Source of the DNA: Selaginella moellendorffii
Lineage: Eukaryota; Plantae; Lycopodiophyta
NCBI RefSeq assembly: GCF_000143415.4
Contig: NW_003314277.1
Span: forward strand, 1,516,493 to 1,580,492
Length of the DNA: 64,000 nucleotides
Reading direction: 5' to 3'
The position numbers were made by a program, and so were the translations under genes. The notes below the pieces were generated by a model. The model did no database searches. It worked only from the letters and a program-made list of their open reading frames with translations, and had not been told where the DNA came from. Of the stretch, positions 1 through 11,785 are shown piece after piece. Each line of letters begins with the position of its first letter. The first letter of the stretch is position 1.

Positions 1-27
1 TTTCGAGACAAGTTCCATCCTCACACG

Positions 28-305
28 CGACGCGAGATTTCTCTCTGTCATGCACTACGTTCTTCACCTGAGAAGAAAAAGAGAGAACGAAAAACTCGTG
101 AGAAAGAAAGAAAAACATGAACCAACTCGCGAGAAAGAGAACGAGGAAGAGCAATGAACGAACTTGCGAGAAAGAGAACGACGAAGATCAATGCATGGAG
201 CATTGCGACGAGAGATTCCTCTGTCATGCGCTACGTTCTTCAGAACAAAGAAAAGGAAACAAAGAATGAGAACTCGCGAGAAAAAGAACAAGGAAGATCA
301 ATCCA
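28..305. repeat. Degenerate GA-rich tandem repeats within the LCYB intron
   Basis: AACTCGCGAGAAAGAGAAC-like unit recurs near 92, 124, 161 and 271. A GCGACG..CTCTGTCATGC..CTACGTTCTT block recurs near 28 and 205. Confidence 0.7.
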
Positions 306-347
306 TGAAGCATTCTCAACGTCCGGAAAGAGAGAAGGAAAACTTAC

Positions 348-941
348 CTTGGTTGCCAGGAACTGGACGCCATTAGCGATGCACTGCTCGGTCATCTTGG
401 CTTTCAATCGCTTCCTGTTCACGCGTCCATATGGCCGCTGCAAGAACTTCTTGACACCATCATCGATGTAAACCACAGCGCTCGCCCAGGTGTGATCCAA
501 GCAATCGAGCAAATCCAGCGCCTCAAACTCGTCCACCCAGACGCCATAGTTATTCGGCCAGATGCTGAGCGGGCAAGGATCGATGCAGCAAACGCTAAGC
601 CCGGCGGCGGACACTCGAGCGGCAACTGCGAGCCCGGCAGGCCCTCCGCCCACCACAACCAGATCCAGAGGCCCTTTCCTGGACGGATTGAATAGCGGGA
701 GCTCGTAGCTCAAGCTCTCCTTCTTCCTCTCCGGGACGAGCTCCAGCAGCATGGACGAGCTCGCGGAGCCGGCGCTGGATTTCAGCCTCGCCTCAATTCT
801 CCGCGAGCTCGCTCCATTCTGCTGTGGCGCTAGGGCTAGGCGATTACCTCCAAAGCCGATCTTCCTCGTCAGGAGCTCCTGGTGCCTGGCGCCGCCGGAG
901 AGAGTAGCGGGGGATTCGAGCGCTCCCGCCATGGCCGGCAT
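348..941 (-). CDS. LCYB: Lycopene beta-cyclase, first coding exon (gene continues off the left edge)
   Basis: Transit-like N-terminus, LLELVPERKKESL, FAD motif DLVVVGGGPAGLAVA, WPNNYGVWVDEF, RPYGRVNRKRLK. Homology stops at an AAG|GTAAGT donor at 347. Confidence 0.9.
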
Positions 942-1686
942 TGCGATGATCTTCGCGACCTAAGCTAGAGGAGGATGCGCCTGGCGCGATACCATAGCCT
1001 ATATCATCCAAGGCTTTGTCGCCTCTCCACTGCGAGGTTCTCTCGTTTGGATTCGGCCACGTGGCCCATTTATCTGTGGTGTTGCGCATTTGCTTATTGG
1101 ATTTGGTGGTTGATTGCGCAAATGGATGAAATAGTAAAAGAGAAAATTCTCCCACTTCCAGGACAACTCCAGAAAGGTTATTAATCAATAAACATTCGCT
1201 ACTGGCTCAAAAGGTGGAACCACCCGTGATTCCTCGAAAGAGTTATCTGCAAAACAAGTAAAGATTAGCATATTGACAATCACTTTGATGGAAGATGTGC
1301 AACCAGAGATTAAAGCCAAAGTCTGATCCTTGCCTTGATTTGGTTGTTGTTTCTATCAGATGTTTCCTCAGGTTGCCCTCATCTCCATATTGAAACGAAG
1401 CTATGAAAATGGCATGAGGGTGGGATTGTTCAATCGGTTGGCGGGGCAACCGATGAGAGGGGCCTCCAGTGCATGTTGGAGGTTTGGGAGAGTATGGGGA
1501 GCAGGTGGAGCTCACATATGGGGACTTATAAAGAATGTTATAAAATAAAATGTATTTTAATCCAAAAACCAACAATGAATATACTACACACTTATACTCC
1601 TTGTAGAGATTCACCATGACAATATATCATACTTGTATAAAGAGGAAATAAACAAATAACTTGCTTTTCTTTATGATATTTAAGTG

Positions 1687-1851
1687 TGTGAAGGTCAAGT
1701 GTACAGCTACAATGCCATATACTAATATTAGCATAGTGGGATTTTGGTAGCCGTCGGATTGGTTTTAATCCGGACCACTCGCTCCTGTATATAAACTAGG
1801 GTTTTTGGGCTAATTGATATGCACATTTCTGTATTCCCTTATGCATTCACA
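1687..1851 (+). repeat. 5' LTR (165 bp)
   Basis: TGTGAAGG...TTCACA, aligns to 6327-6501 (about 18 substitutions plus one 10-bp indel by hand count). Confidence 0.93.
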
Positions 1852-1852
1852 T

Positions 1853-1870
1853 TGGTAGAGATGAGGGGCA
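1853..1870 (+). promoter_or_regulatory. Primer-binding site, probably tRNA-Ala
   Basis: TGGTAGAGATGAGGGGCA, 1 nt after the LTR. Near-complementary to the plant tRNA-Ala 3' end (expected TGGTGGAGATGCGGGG). Confidence 0.65.
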
Positions 1871-2018
1871 CCTTTGATTGTCCCTGGGGAGTGCTTGGAT
1901 TTGGGATTTCGGTTTAGATTTAGCTTTTGCATTGTCTAGATCTAGCTTTTTCCATTTCCTTTTTTTTGTTCTTTCCTTTCAGGATTTTGATTTAGATCTA
2001 GCTTTTTGCATTGTTTAG

Positions 2019-2852
2019 ATGTACCATTCGTTCACGGCACATGGTACAACTCCTCCTGCTCTTGGTGCCAATCCTCGTGTTCGACCGGAGTTCTTTCGTG
2101 GGAATTCTGGGGATGATGTGTACCATTGGTTCGATCACTTCACGGTGATTGCCACGTATCATTCTTGGGATGATGCTCGACGTTTGCGTGAGTTCCCCAC
2201 ATGTCTTCAAGGGACGGCATTGCATTGGTACAATGGATTGAGCGCAGCCACTCGTGGCGATTGGAGTGTTCTTCTGGACATCTTCAAACGCGCCTTCGGA
2301 CATGCCGACGATTGTGATGATGCCTTCCAACAATTGTATCATCTTCGCCAAGGGCCATCTGAGTCAGTGATGCAATTTGGTGTTCGTTTCCGAAGTCTTT
2401 TGCTTCGTGCAGAGCCAAATATGTCGGAGCGGATCAAGCTAGGAATGTTGTGGCCAACACTTCGTCAAGATCTTGTCGGACTTGTGCATGCACTTGCTCC
2501 TGCCACTCTTGACGATGCTCTTTGCTTGGCACAACGTTATGAGACGTCGCCTCTTCCACTTTTTGCTACACGTCCTTCAGCTCCACTTCCTATGAGTGAT
2601 GGTCCTGTTCTCATGGAGGTTGATGCTGCTACTACTCGAGTCCAAGGACAAGGGCGAGGACGTGGTCGTGGCTGTGACGTTCGTTGCTGGGCGTGTGATG
2701 AAGTTGGTCATACTTATCGGCGTTGTCGGCGCTTTCCGGATTGGCGACCTCCATTTCCGAGACCTTGGCATCAGCAACGTCCCGTTGGTGCTGCTGCGGT
2801 GGAAGGTTTGGATACCGAGGTGCATTCGGGAAACGAGGAGTTGTGCGAGTAA
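2019..2852 (+). CDS. gag: Retrotransposon Gag with CCHC zinc knuckle
   Basis: LQGTALHWY, LRQGPSESVMQF, PVLMEVD, CWACDEVGHTYRRC. Confidence 0.9.
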   Translation: MYHSFTAHGTTPPALGANPRVRPEFFRGNSGDDVYHWFDHFTVIATYHSWDDARRLREFPTCLQGTALHWYNGLSAATRGDWSVLLDIFKRAFGHADDCDDAFQQLYHLRQGPSESVMQFGVRFRSLLLRAEPNMSERIKLGMLWPTLRQDLVGLVHALAPATLDDALCLAQRYETSPLPLFATRPSAPLPMSDGPVLMEVDAATTRVQGQGRGRGRGCDVRCWACDEVGHTYRRCRRFPDWRPPFPRPWHQQRPVGAAAVEGLDTEVHSGNEELCE

Positions 2853-5800
2853 TGGAGGAACCTTACACGAATAAGTTAGTGACCCCTTCATCTTTCTTTC
2901 GGGAGTATCATCAAGGGGTTCACTCGGCACCGGTTCATCAAGTGTTTACTTTCCAAGCTCGTTTTTATAACAAAAGGTCTCCTATTCTTCTCTCCGTGTT
3001 GGTTGATATAGGTTCGAGTTTATCTTCTATTGCTCGACCTGTTGCCACACGTTGTTGTCTACACTTGCGTCGTGCGGCGGATCCAGTTTTCATTCTTTAT
3101 GGCAACGGCCGTACACATGCATGTGCACGAGATGAGGCGAACCTGGTTGTGCGTGTGGGCGATCTTGAGCTTGAGTTGCAGTCGTTGCGGGTGGTGCCGA
3201 GTCAAGCTTTTGACCTCATTCTTGGTATGGATTGGTTGCAGCACAATCATGCCAAGTGTGACTTTGAGGCTTCTCCCCCTTGTCTCATACTTCATTATGT
3301 TTCATCCATTCCTCTCACTTCCATACCTCTTCGTCCCTCTACTTCTACCTCTGCTTCTATTACTTTTGTTCCCCCACTATTTCCTCTTGTGTTTCCATCT
3401 TGTTCTGCTCTTCCCTTTTCTGATCCCTCTGATGATCTTTGTGTTGTAGCTGTTGACCAGCTCATGAAAGGGTATTTGAATTTGACCTATCGTCTGGGGC
3501 CAAGATTGCCACATGTCATCCCATTCCAACCGGGGATGCTCGTCCAATCAACGTTCCTGTTCGTCGTCGGTCACCCAAGGAGATCAAGATTTTACATGCA
3601 AACGTCAAGGAGATGTTGGAGAAGGGTGTTATTCAGAAGTCGCGGAGTCCTTGGGCATGTGAACCTCATCTTGTGACGAAGCCTGATGGGAGTATTCGTT
3701 TCTGCATCGACTATCGTCCGTTAAATGCGGACGTGTACCCTCTTCCTCACACTGCTGATCTCTTGGATTGTCTGGGGCGAAGTCGTTGGTTCACCAAGCT
3801 TGATCTTGCTTCTAGGTATTGGCAAGTACTGATGGCCGAAGAAGATATTCCTAAGATTGCTTTTCGTACACCATTTGGTTTGTACGAGTTTTTGGTTATG
3901 CCGTTTGGTTTGAACAATGCTCCAGCAACTTTTCAGGGGATGATGGACGAGGTTCTTTGCGATATGCCGGAGGTGACGGCTGACTTCATTGATGATGTCT
4001 TGATCCACTCGGAGGGGATGTGGGAGGAGCACATTCGTGATGTTTGTAAAGTGTTGGATCGGCTACGCGACGTTGGTTTAAAGTTGAAGCAGTCAAAGTG
4101 CGTGTTTGGGTCCAAGAACACAACTTATCTTGGGTACCGTATTTCTCGTAAGGGTTTGCAAGTTGATCCTGACAAACTTGTGGCTGTTCTAAAGTTCCCT
4201 ACTCCGAAGTGTGTGAATGATGTGAAGCGCTTTTTGGGTAAGGTGCAATATCTTGGTTGTTTTGTGGATCATCTTTCTGATCGCACTACACCATTGCGAG
4301 CGTTGCTGAAGTCATCAACGTCATCTTTCATCTGGTCTCCCGATTGTGAGCGGGCGTTTGTGAATCTCAAAGAGCTATTGACGACTCCTCCGGTTTTGGC
4401 ATATCCTGACTACACTCGACCTTTTATTTTGCGCGTGGATGCTTCTGACATTGGTCTTGGAGGTGTGTTGATGCAAGAGAGCTCGAGTGTGCCTGGTCAG
4501 TGCCATCCCATTGCATATATAAGCCGTACATTACAACCAGCGGAGATGAACTACTCCACGACGGAGAAGGAGTGTTTAGTAGCAGTCTGGGGTTTCGAGA
4601 AACTTCATGCATATCTACATGGTTCTCGGACGTTACTTGAAGGTGACCATGCTGCTGTTACTTCATTATTGAAGCGGAAGAACCTAGTTGGTTGTACAGC
4701 TCGATGGGCTTTGAAGCTTCAGATATATGATTTCGATGTTGTTCATCACCCAGGGAGTTCTATGGCTGATGCTGATGCCCTTTCTCGAGCTCCTTTTCCT
4801 TCTCCACTCACTTCTCATGTTTCTGACGAACTTGTTGTTCCAGCATCTGTGGATTTTCTAGATGAGGATTTTGTGCCGTCGGCAGTTGCTGTCCTTGACG
4901 TTCAGTGTCCACAGAGCGCAGAGCAAGATCTACCTTCTCTTGATGAGGTTCGCGAGGCTCAAAAGATTGAGCTGTGGATTCGAAAGCTTCGAGATGGGTT
5001 TGAGAATCCTGCATCACTTGCTGATGACTTGCCTTTCCGGCATTTACATTCTCAATATCACTTTGAAGATGGCCTTCTTTATTTTGTGGGGACGGATCCT
5101 GATGATCATTTATGGCTGGTGGTGGCTTCGGTGTTTATTCCGCGGTTTTTCCATGCCTACCATGATTCTCCTATTCTAGGTGGGCATATGGGACACCGTT
5201 GTGTCACCGAGAAGCTGCGTAGATCTTTCTATTGGCCAAAGATGTGACATGATATTATCCGGTATGTGCGTAACTGCGTTTGGTGCCAAACTTGTAATAC
5301 TCCCCCTTGTGCTGCGGAAGGACGGTTGGAGTCAATTGCAGTTTCTCGTCCGTTTGAGTTGGTGGCGTTTGATCTTATGGGACCTTTTCCACGATCGACT
5401 GCTGGCAATGAGTATGTTATTATTGCTTCTGACTATTTGACTCGTTGGGTGGAAGTTGGTGCTTTTGCTAGTGCCTCTGCAACTGTTGTTGGATACTTCC
5501 TCCTCAATCGAGTGGTGTTCCAGCATTCTTGTCCAGAGCGGATTCTTTCGGATAATGGTCCTGCATTTATGGCTGAGGTATTTCATGTTTTGACATCTCG
5601 GTTGGGGATACGCCACACTTTTACGAGTGCTTATCATCCACAATCAGACGGTCTGGTGGAACGGCTTGTTCGGAAATTTAAAGGGATGATTGCGAAGTAT
5701 GTGAACTTTCAGTATTCGGATTGGGATGGTTATTTGTTGTCTCTTCGGTATGCCTATGTCACAGGGGTGCAGAGTTCTGTTGGTGCTTCACTATATAAAC

Positions 5801-6201
5801 TTCTATATGGTCATGATCCAATATTACCAACAGAGCTGGGTTTACCTTCGCGATTGCCACGAGCTCCTAATGCTAGGTCATGGGATCAATATTTGACAAG
5901 CATTCTTCCACTTGTCCGAGCAGAGTCTGCTAAACACTTAGGCCACGTACAAGTGGGACAACAACGGTGCTACAATTCCCATCATCGTCTACCTACGGAG
6001 TACAAAGTGAATGATTTGGTGTTAGTCCGTTTTCCCCATCTTACGATACGTGATTTATCTAAGGGGCTCCTTGCACAGTGGAAAAGACCGTATCGGGTGT
6101 TGCGGCAAGTTGGACCACAAGTTTATGAGGTTCGGCATGGTGTTCAGCAGGCCAATCCTCCGGAGATTATGCATGTGCAGCAGTTAAAACGCTTCATATA
6201 A
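2828..6201 (+). pseudogene. pol: Defective pol (PR-RT-RNaseH-INT)
   Basis: PR LVDIGSS (DTG altered) and DLILGMDWL; [18 protein letters not shown] and FIDD; RH VDASDIGLG; INT HHCC, SDNG, HPQSDGLVER. Frameshift near 3460 and in-frame TGA at 5245-5247. Confidence 0.9.
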
Positions 6202-6311
6202 AGGGATCAGGACCAGTTAATACCGTCTACAGATCCACCAATGCCTCCTCCTGACATTCCTCCAGATCCCGGCCCATCTACAAGAGAACCCTGACAGCCT
6301 TCCATTATTCC

Positions 6312-6326
6312 GAGAGGAGGGGATGA
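6312..6326 (+). promoter_or_regulatory. Polypurine tract
   Basis: GAGAGGAGGGGATGA immediately before the 3' LTR. Confidence 0.85.
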
Positions 6327-6501
6327 TGTGAGGGCCAAGTGTACGGCTACGATGCCGTATACTAATATTAGTGTAGTGGGATTTTGGTAGCCATTGGATT
6401 GGTTTCAATGCGGACCACTCGCTCCTATATATAAGTTAAGGTTTTTGGGCTAATTGATATGCACATTTTTGTATTCCCTTTCCATATTCCATACACTCAC
6501 A
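6327..6501 (+). repeat. 3' LTR (175 bp)
   Basis: TGTGAGGG...CTCACA followed by AGTG. Confidence 0.93.
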
Positions 6502-7149
6502 AGTGAAAATGAAATAAATAAATATTTAATATAATAATTTACTTTTGTAAAGTCTATAAATATAAAGAGGATACAGCCACAACAACAATGTATCATCTAA
6601 TTTCCATTGCATTCTATTCTTCCATTGTGCCATGCCATAATTGAGGATCTAAAGTTGCATTAGATTAAATAATGATAATCCTAAATATGGTGAAAAGCTC
6701 TAAAGAGAAAAGAAGAATAATAGAACAAAAGTAAAAGCATAATCTCAAACACTGTAAATCATTAGAAAAGAATTTTGTTTTCCAAGGACAAATTGTAATG
6801 TTTCTTAAATTCTCAAGATATGTAATTTCTTCTCTTTGCTCAAACACTTCCAACTTTTTTTTTATAACAACTAGAGACTAATTATCAACTCGATAGACAA
6901 GAGTCCAACCCTAACAATAAAGTGAGAATGAATAAATATAAAAGTGGAGCAAGTAGATTGTAAAGTAAGGATGAATGTAACAAGTCTAAACATAACATTT
7001 AACCCCAATGTAGTGAGGTTGAATAAATATGATAATAGAGTGAAGCCAAACATAATTGGCAGAATGAGGACAAGTGTAGTAAGTTTATGTTATGAATGTA
7101 ACTGCGGGTATCAAAAGTTATTTGTTAGTTAATACTTTCATATATTCTT

Positions 7150-8300
7150 TCTTTACTGCCACGACAGGAGAAGGTCAATATTGTTAAATCCTTTATTAGT
7201 CTCCACTCAAACTAGTTGAGCAACCAATTATCATGTATGTACTTATGCCAAATAAACATAAGGTATGAACTCTTATGTGTTTTTTGTTGAGCATATTCAG
7301 CCCGATAGTAGAAATTTATATATTGGCTTGCACTTATTAGTGTTAGGAACCCTCATGATATTGAGTTTGATCCCTAAATATTCACAAAATGATAACTTAC
7401 CATGTTTACCAAGCATCCTTGATATTATGCACTTTATGTTAATTCTATTCGGTCCAATTGTTATTTATAAAAAGCATCTAGATTTACTAATTTAGCATAT
7501 CTATAGAATGTAAAGATTGTCTTGAACACAATAGTGTTGGTCCCATGTCCAAATTGGCAATCTAATACCATTCTATATTTAGTAATTTCGAGTTAACTTT
7601 TGGTACTAAAGGTGGCTAAAAGTGAAAGCCCAAAAGATGTGTTCTTCAAAGGGGGGGAAGTATAGAGTTCCAAATGTATAGTAAGGATAGTGGGTAGGTC
7701 AGGCATGGCTAACCAACCTGAGATATAATCTAATTCCCATTTGCATATTTACCTTTGTTTTGCATTTGGCTTAAATCTCTATCTAAATTTCACACCATGT
7801 TAGCTGGTGGCATATTCATATCCTCACGTTAGACCATTGGTATACTGAAATAGTGCCAAATTCCATTTAACTCCATTTTGCGTGTTGGTTTTGGCATTGG
7901 GATGTTGAATGCTTTAAGACTGTTTCAAGTCATTCCATGCTCATATTCTTTCACTCCTTAGACTGTATACTCAAAAGTCTTTTTGTGATCTAGTTATTTT
8001 GCTCCTTAGCTCCATGCTTAGGAGTTTGGCTTTGTTCTTTCATTCAGTGGCCCAAAGCTCTGAAACTTGAGTTTCGCTCTACTGTCCCTGGACATGTGGC
8101 ATGTGGCATATAACACGTGGCATGTGGATGGTTTAGGTTCTACTTCATAGTTATTATATAGTAAATCACTATAGGATAAAGGGTGAAAATCATATACACT
8201 AGAGAACAAATAAAATGAGTTCAACCTCCCATATACAATGTTAGATGAGAACTAAAGTAATGAGTTTGAGTTAGCATAGGTCATGAAAGTTAACCATAAG
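7150..8300 (+). mobile_element. Possible highly decayed gypsy 3' end (integrase GPF-like motif, PPT, LTR remnant)
   Basis: FGPIVIYKK resembles a GPF motif. TTCAAAGGGGGGGAAG purine tract at about 7645-7660. AT-rich decay; boundaries uncertain. Confidence 0.3.
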
Positions 8301-8711
8301 GATGACACATAGATAAATTTTATTAATGGTTGTGAGTATGAGTTAATAGTGGTTTCAAAGATTTACCAAAGGGCATATGTAAAGATAAAATTTATTATTT
8401 TCTGCAATGGTATTTAATAAACTGCAATTGCCTTTGAAGTCCTTTGCTTTGATTCAGAGTTGTGATTTTGAGGTTGGTTCAAACATGTGATACTTACACA
8501 CATAATTGTTGTTGATTTGTTGGGATTTTGTATTTGACTAATATTATGCTATAACTTTAGGTTTTGATTTAGTCATAGTTGCTAGTAACTACATTAATAG
8601 TTCCATAAAAATTTCAAATTCTTATAGCAATCTATAATCACTTAGTAGATGTTCCACTTAATTTATCATTGTCACCTTTCTATCTTTTAGCGAGGAATGG
8701 TGTAAGGTTTG

Positions 8712-8713
<2 letters not shown>

Positions 8714-8764
<51 letters not shown>

Positions 8765-8766
8765 TA
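8714..8766. repeat. (TA)n microsatellite
   Basis: Direct read. Confidence 0.95.
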
Positions 8767-9244
8767 CCTTGCCTAGATAATACACTATTTATAGTAGTAT
8801 AACATATTTACCATCTATTTATGACTAAATTTAGTTTATCCATTAAGTAGGGATAACCCTTCTTATTCCCATACTCATATCTTTTTATATAATATTATTT
8901 TTTATAAAATTAAAATAAGTGTAGTTTTTATCCCAAAGTTTCTTGTAGTGTATACTGATTTACATTTAACCTTATTTATGAAATGTTTAGTCCAATACTG
9001 GAGCTGATATTAAAAATATATATTTATCAGTGCTACAAATATATTTAATAGATATATGATCCTTTTAAATTTCTAACATAAGCTCAGTCCAAGCAGCCTT
9101 TTTTATAAACTTAACCTGCTATATAGTAATTCTTTCAACATTATATAAGCTTTTGCTTTTTCAATTAAATTTAATTTTATAGTATGTGCTTTTAAGGAAT
9201 TCAGTCTCAGAGCTTCCTTTGGTCGAAAACTCACTGTGCATCAG

Positions 9245-9700
9245 CTGCGGGAGCTTGCATGGACGAGCTCGTGGGTCATTCTGCTGGAGCTAGGCTGGCC
9301 TTTCTCGTCAGGAGCTCCTGGTGACCTAGTAAAAGAGTGGAAAATATTCCACTTCCAGACAACTCCAGAAAAGTTCTTCACCAATACACATTCCGCTACT
9401 GGCTCAATAGGTGGATCGTAGCACCACCCGTGATTTCTCGCAAGATCATTACAAACATATAAAAACATATGGCAATCACGAACTGACCTTGAAATTGAAA
9501 TTGTATAGATCTCCATCGGAACTTAAACACTTGATCAGAGCAATTATACTTCGCGGGAAGAGACGTGCAGCCTTCAGCACCAGAGATTAAAGCCAAAGTC
9601 TGATCCTTGCCTTGATTTGGTGCTGCAGCTGCAATTGCCTCGTTGGATTCCAAAGTAGCACAATGACCGAATCGTCCTCGTCTCTTTTGGCTGGTTTTTA
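9245..9700 (-). pseudogene. Deletion-riddled duplicate of the LCYB 5' region and its upstream DNA
   Basis: Colinear matches to 693-1360: GCATGGACGAGCTCG, CTCGTCAGGAGCTCCTGGTG, TAGTAAAAGAG, ACAACTCCAGAAA, CCAGAGATTAAAGCCAAAGTCTGATCCTTGCCTTGATTTGGT. Confidence 0.8.
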
Positions 9701-9826
9701 TCAAATGTACCACTGCTTTCCTCCCTCAATCACTGAATCTCCATAAAAGCTGTACGAGGGTAGAACCTCGATCTAAAACCCTAAACTCTAAACTTTAAAG
9801 TTCTTTATTCGCATAACAAGAGTAAT

Positions 9827-11734
9827 TTAAAGAATATGCAAAGCTGCCTGGGCTCGAGCGCTCTCTTCCCCCATTCCCGCTTCCTTGTAAATCGCCGCAA
9901 TCAACACATACGCCGAGGCATTCTTCTCGTCCAGTCTCACTGCTTCCTCGAATGCAAGCTCTCCGATAGCTACGTTCCGCCACTTCCGACACGCTCCCAG
10001 GAGCGTGATCCAGATGCTCAAACTCGGCCGCACAGGCATGCTCCTCACCATGCCCACGGCGACGTCGAGCTGGTTTGCACTGCCCAGCAGCTCGACCATG
10101 TAACCATAGTGCTCGGCTGTGGGAGAAACCGAGTAGCTTGGAAGCATGGCCTGGAAGTACTTCTTGCCTTCTTCCACCAGTCCGCCATGGCAGCACACGG
10201 CGAGAACTGATAGAAACGTGATCCCGTCCGGTTGCAAGCGTTTCCTGTGCATGCTCTCGAAGATCTCGAAGACCATCTTGCAGTCCCCTTGGCGGCTGTA
10301 CCCCGCGATCAGCGCATTCCAAGTAACCAGGCCTTTGGTTTTCGTTGCCGGGAATGCGTCGAAAACCCGCTGCGCATCAGCCACACAGCCACACTTCCCG
10401 TAGGAATCCACCAGCGAAGTCGCAACGACGATATCACCCTCCATTTTCAAGTCCACCGCATGCGCCTCTATACTTCTTCCCACTTCCAGAGCTCCCAAGC
10501 CACAGCAGGCCTTGAGCGCAGCAACGAAAGTCACTCGGTTTGGTTCACAGCCTTCTCTCTGCATGCGTTGATACAGCTCCAAAGCCATCTCGTGCTCCCC
10601 AGCCTCTGCGTATCCCAGGATCATGGAGTTCCAGGACACGGCGTCGTGAAGCCGCATGTTGTCGAAGACACGCCTTGCCTCCGCTAGACTTCCATACTTC
10701 CCATACATGTCCACCAAAGAGCTGGCCACGAATACGTTCCTTGCGTGTCCACTGCTCTCGATCACGGCGTGAATATCTCTGGCCTTGACGAGGCACCACC
10801 TGATGAAAGTCTTCTCGTCGCACTGAGCCGCTTGGAGGATACCTTCCGTGGGTGTGGCTAAGCAAGCCAGAGCCTTGACAGCAGCGACGAAAGTCCGAGC
10901 GTTCGGTGTAAACCCCTTCCGTTGCATGTCCTCGAACAACTCGAGTGCCGCGCAACCGTCTCCACATTCAGCATAGCCGAGAATGATGGAGTTCCACAGA
11001 ACGACGTCTTGGCAGCCTTGAATCTTGTCGAAAACTCTGCGAGCGTCTTCCATACTCCCACACTTCCCATACATGTCCACCAAAGAGCTCGCCACGAAAG
11101 TGTCCCTGTCTAGCCCAAACTTTGCAGCCTGAGCATGGATTTCCCGTCCCTTCTCCAGTGACACAAGTTTTACGAGCCTTCCGTCCGCTTGCTTAGCTTC
11201 TTCTTCCACCTCCGCTAAGCCAGAACAGGCCTTCAAGGCAGCGTAAAATGTGACACGGTTCGGCAGACAGTTTTCTTCCCTCATACGTTGAAACAGTTGC
11301 AAAGCCAAGCCTGCCTCTCCACAGTCTGCATATCCCGAGATCACACACGTCCATGAAACGACTGTCGGCTGCAGTATACCGTCGAAAGTCTTACGGGCCT
11401 CACTCAGGCTGCCGCATTTTGCGTACATAGCCAGCAGCGCGTTCGCAACGTAGACGTCTCTGTCTTCCCTGCTCTCGACCACGTAGCCGTGAATCTTCTT
11501 TCCGTTCTCTAAGTCCTTGGCGCGGCTGCAAAACTTGAGAGCGGCGATAGTAAGGGAAATGTCTGGCCGCTTCCCATCCAGATGAAAATAGTGATAAGCC
11601 CGTAAGTCTCCTTGAGATACCTGCCCGTTTCTCCCTGAGCTCCTATCTGGCCTCTCTGAACCTGGAATGCTGTCTTGCAAGAAGCTGAGATGTCCTGCTG
11701 TAGCAAATGGTTCCCCCCGTATCATTTCCTTCAA
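9827..11734 (-). CDS. PLS-class pentatricopeptide repeat protein with E domain, intronless
   Basis: Repeated MY(A/G)KCG..ARR.FD, VSWNSMILGYA, EHYGYMVELLG, LLGACR, AYVL. Confidence 0.92.
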   Translation of the reverse strand: MKEMIRGEPFATAGHLSFLQDSIPGSERPDRSSGRNGQVSQGDLRAYHYFHLDGKRPDISLTIAALKFCSRAKDLENGKKIHGYVVESREDRDVYVANALLAMYAKCGSLSEARKTFDGILQPTVVSWTCVISGYADCGEAGLALQLFQRMREENCLPNRVTFYAALKACSGLAEVEEEAKQADGRLVKLVSLEKGREIHAQAAKFGLDRDTFVASSLVDMYGKCGSMEDARRVFDKIQGCQDVVLWNSIILGYAECGDGCAALELFEDMQRKGFTPNARTFVAAVKALACLATPTEGILQAAQCDEKTFIRWCLVKARDIHAVIESSGHARNVFVASSLVDMYGKYGSLAEARRVFDNMRLHDAVSWNSMILGYAEAGEHEMALELYQRMQREGCEPNRVTFVAALKACCGLGALEVGRSIEAHAVDLKMEGDIVVATSLVDSYGKCGCVADAQRVFDAFPATKTKGLVTWNALIAGYSRQGDCKMVFEIFESMHRKRLQPDGITFLSVLAVCCHGGLVEEGKKYFQAMLPSYSVSPTAEHYGYMVELLGSANQLDVAVGMVRSMPVRPSLSIWITLLGACRKWRNVAIGELAFEEAVRLDEKNASAYVLIAAIYKEAGMGEESARAQAALHIL

Positions 11735-11785
11735 AACCTTTTATCAACACTGCCCTTCAGAGATGCAGTTTTTAGAAAAGAAAAC

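Larger units (their letters stand above)
1687..6501 (+). mobile_element. Full-length but defective Ty3/gypsy LTR retrotransposon (non-chromovirus type)
   Basis: TG...CA LTRs at 1687-1851 and 6327-6501, AGTG flanking both ends, PBS, PPT, and gag-PR-RT-RNaseH-INT order. No chromodomain seen. Confidence 0.95.

Noticed and set aside
9771-9795. CTAAAACCCTAAACTCTAAAC as a telomerase RNA template or interstitial telomere
   Set aside because: Only 2-3 degenerate units with no USE/TATA or TR-like structure; best read as a telo-box.
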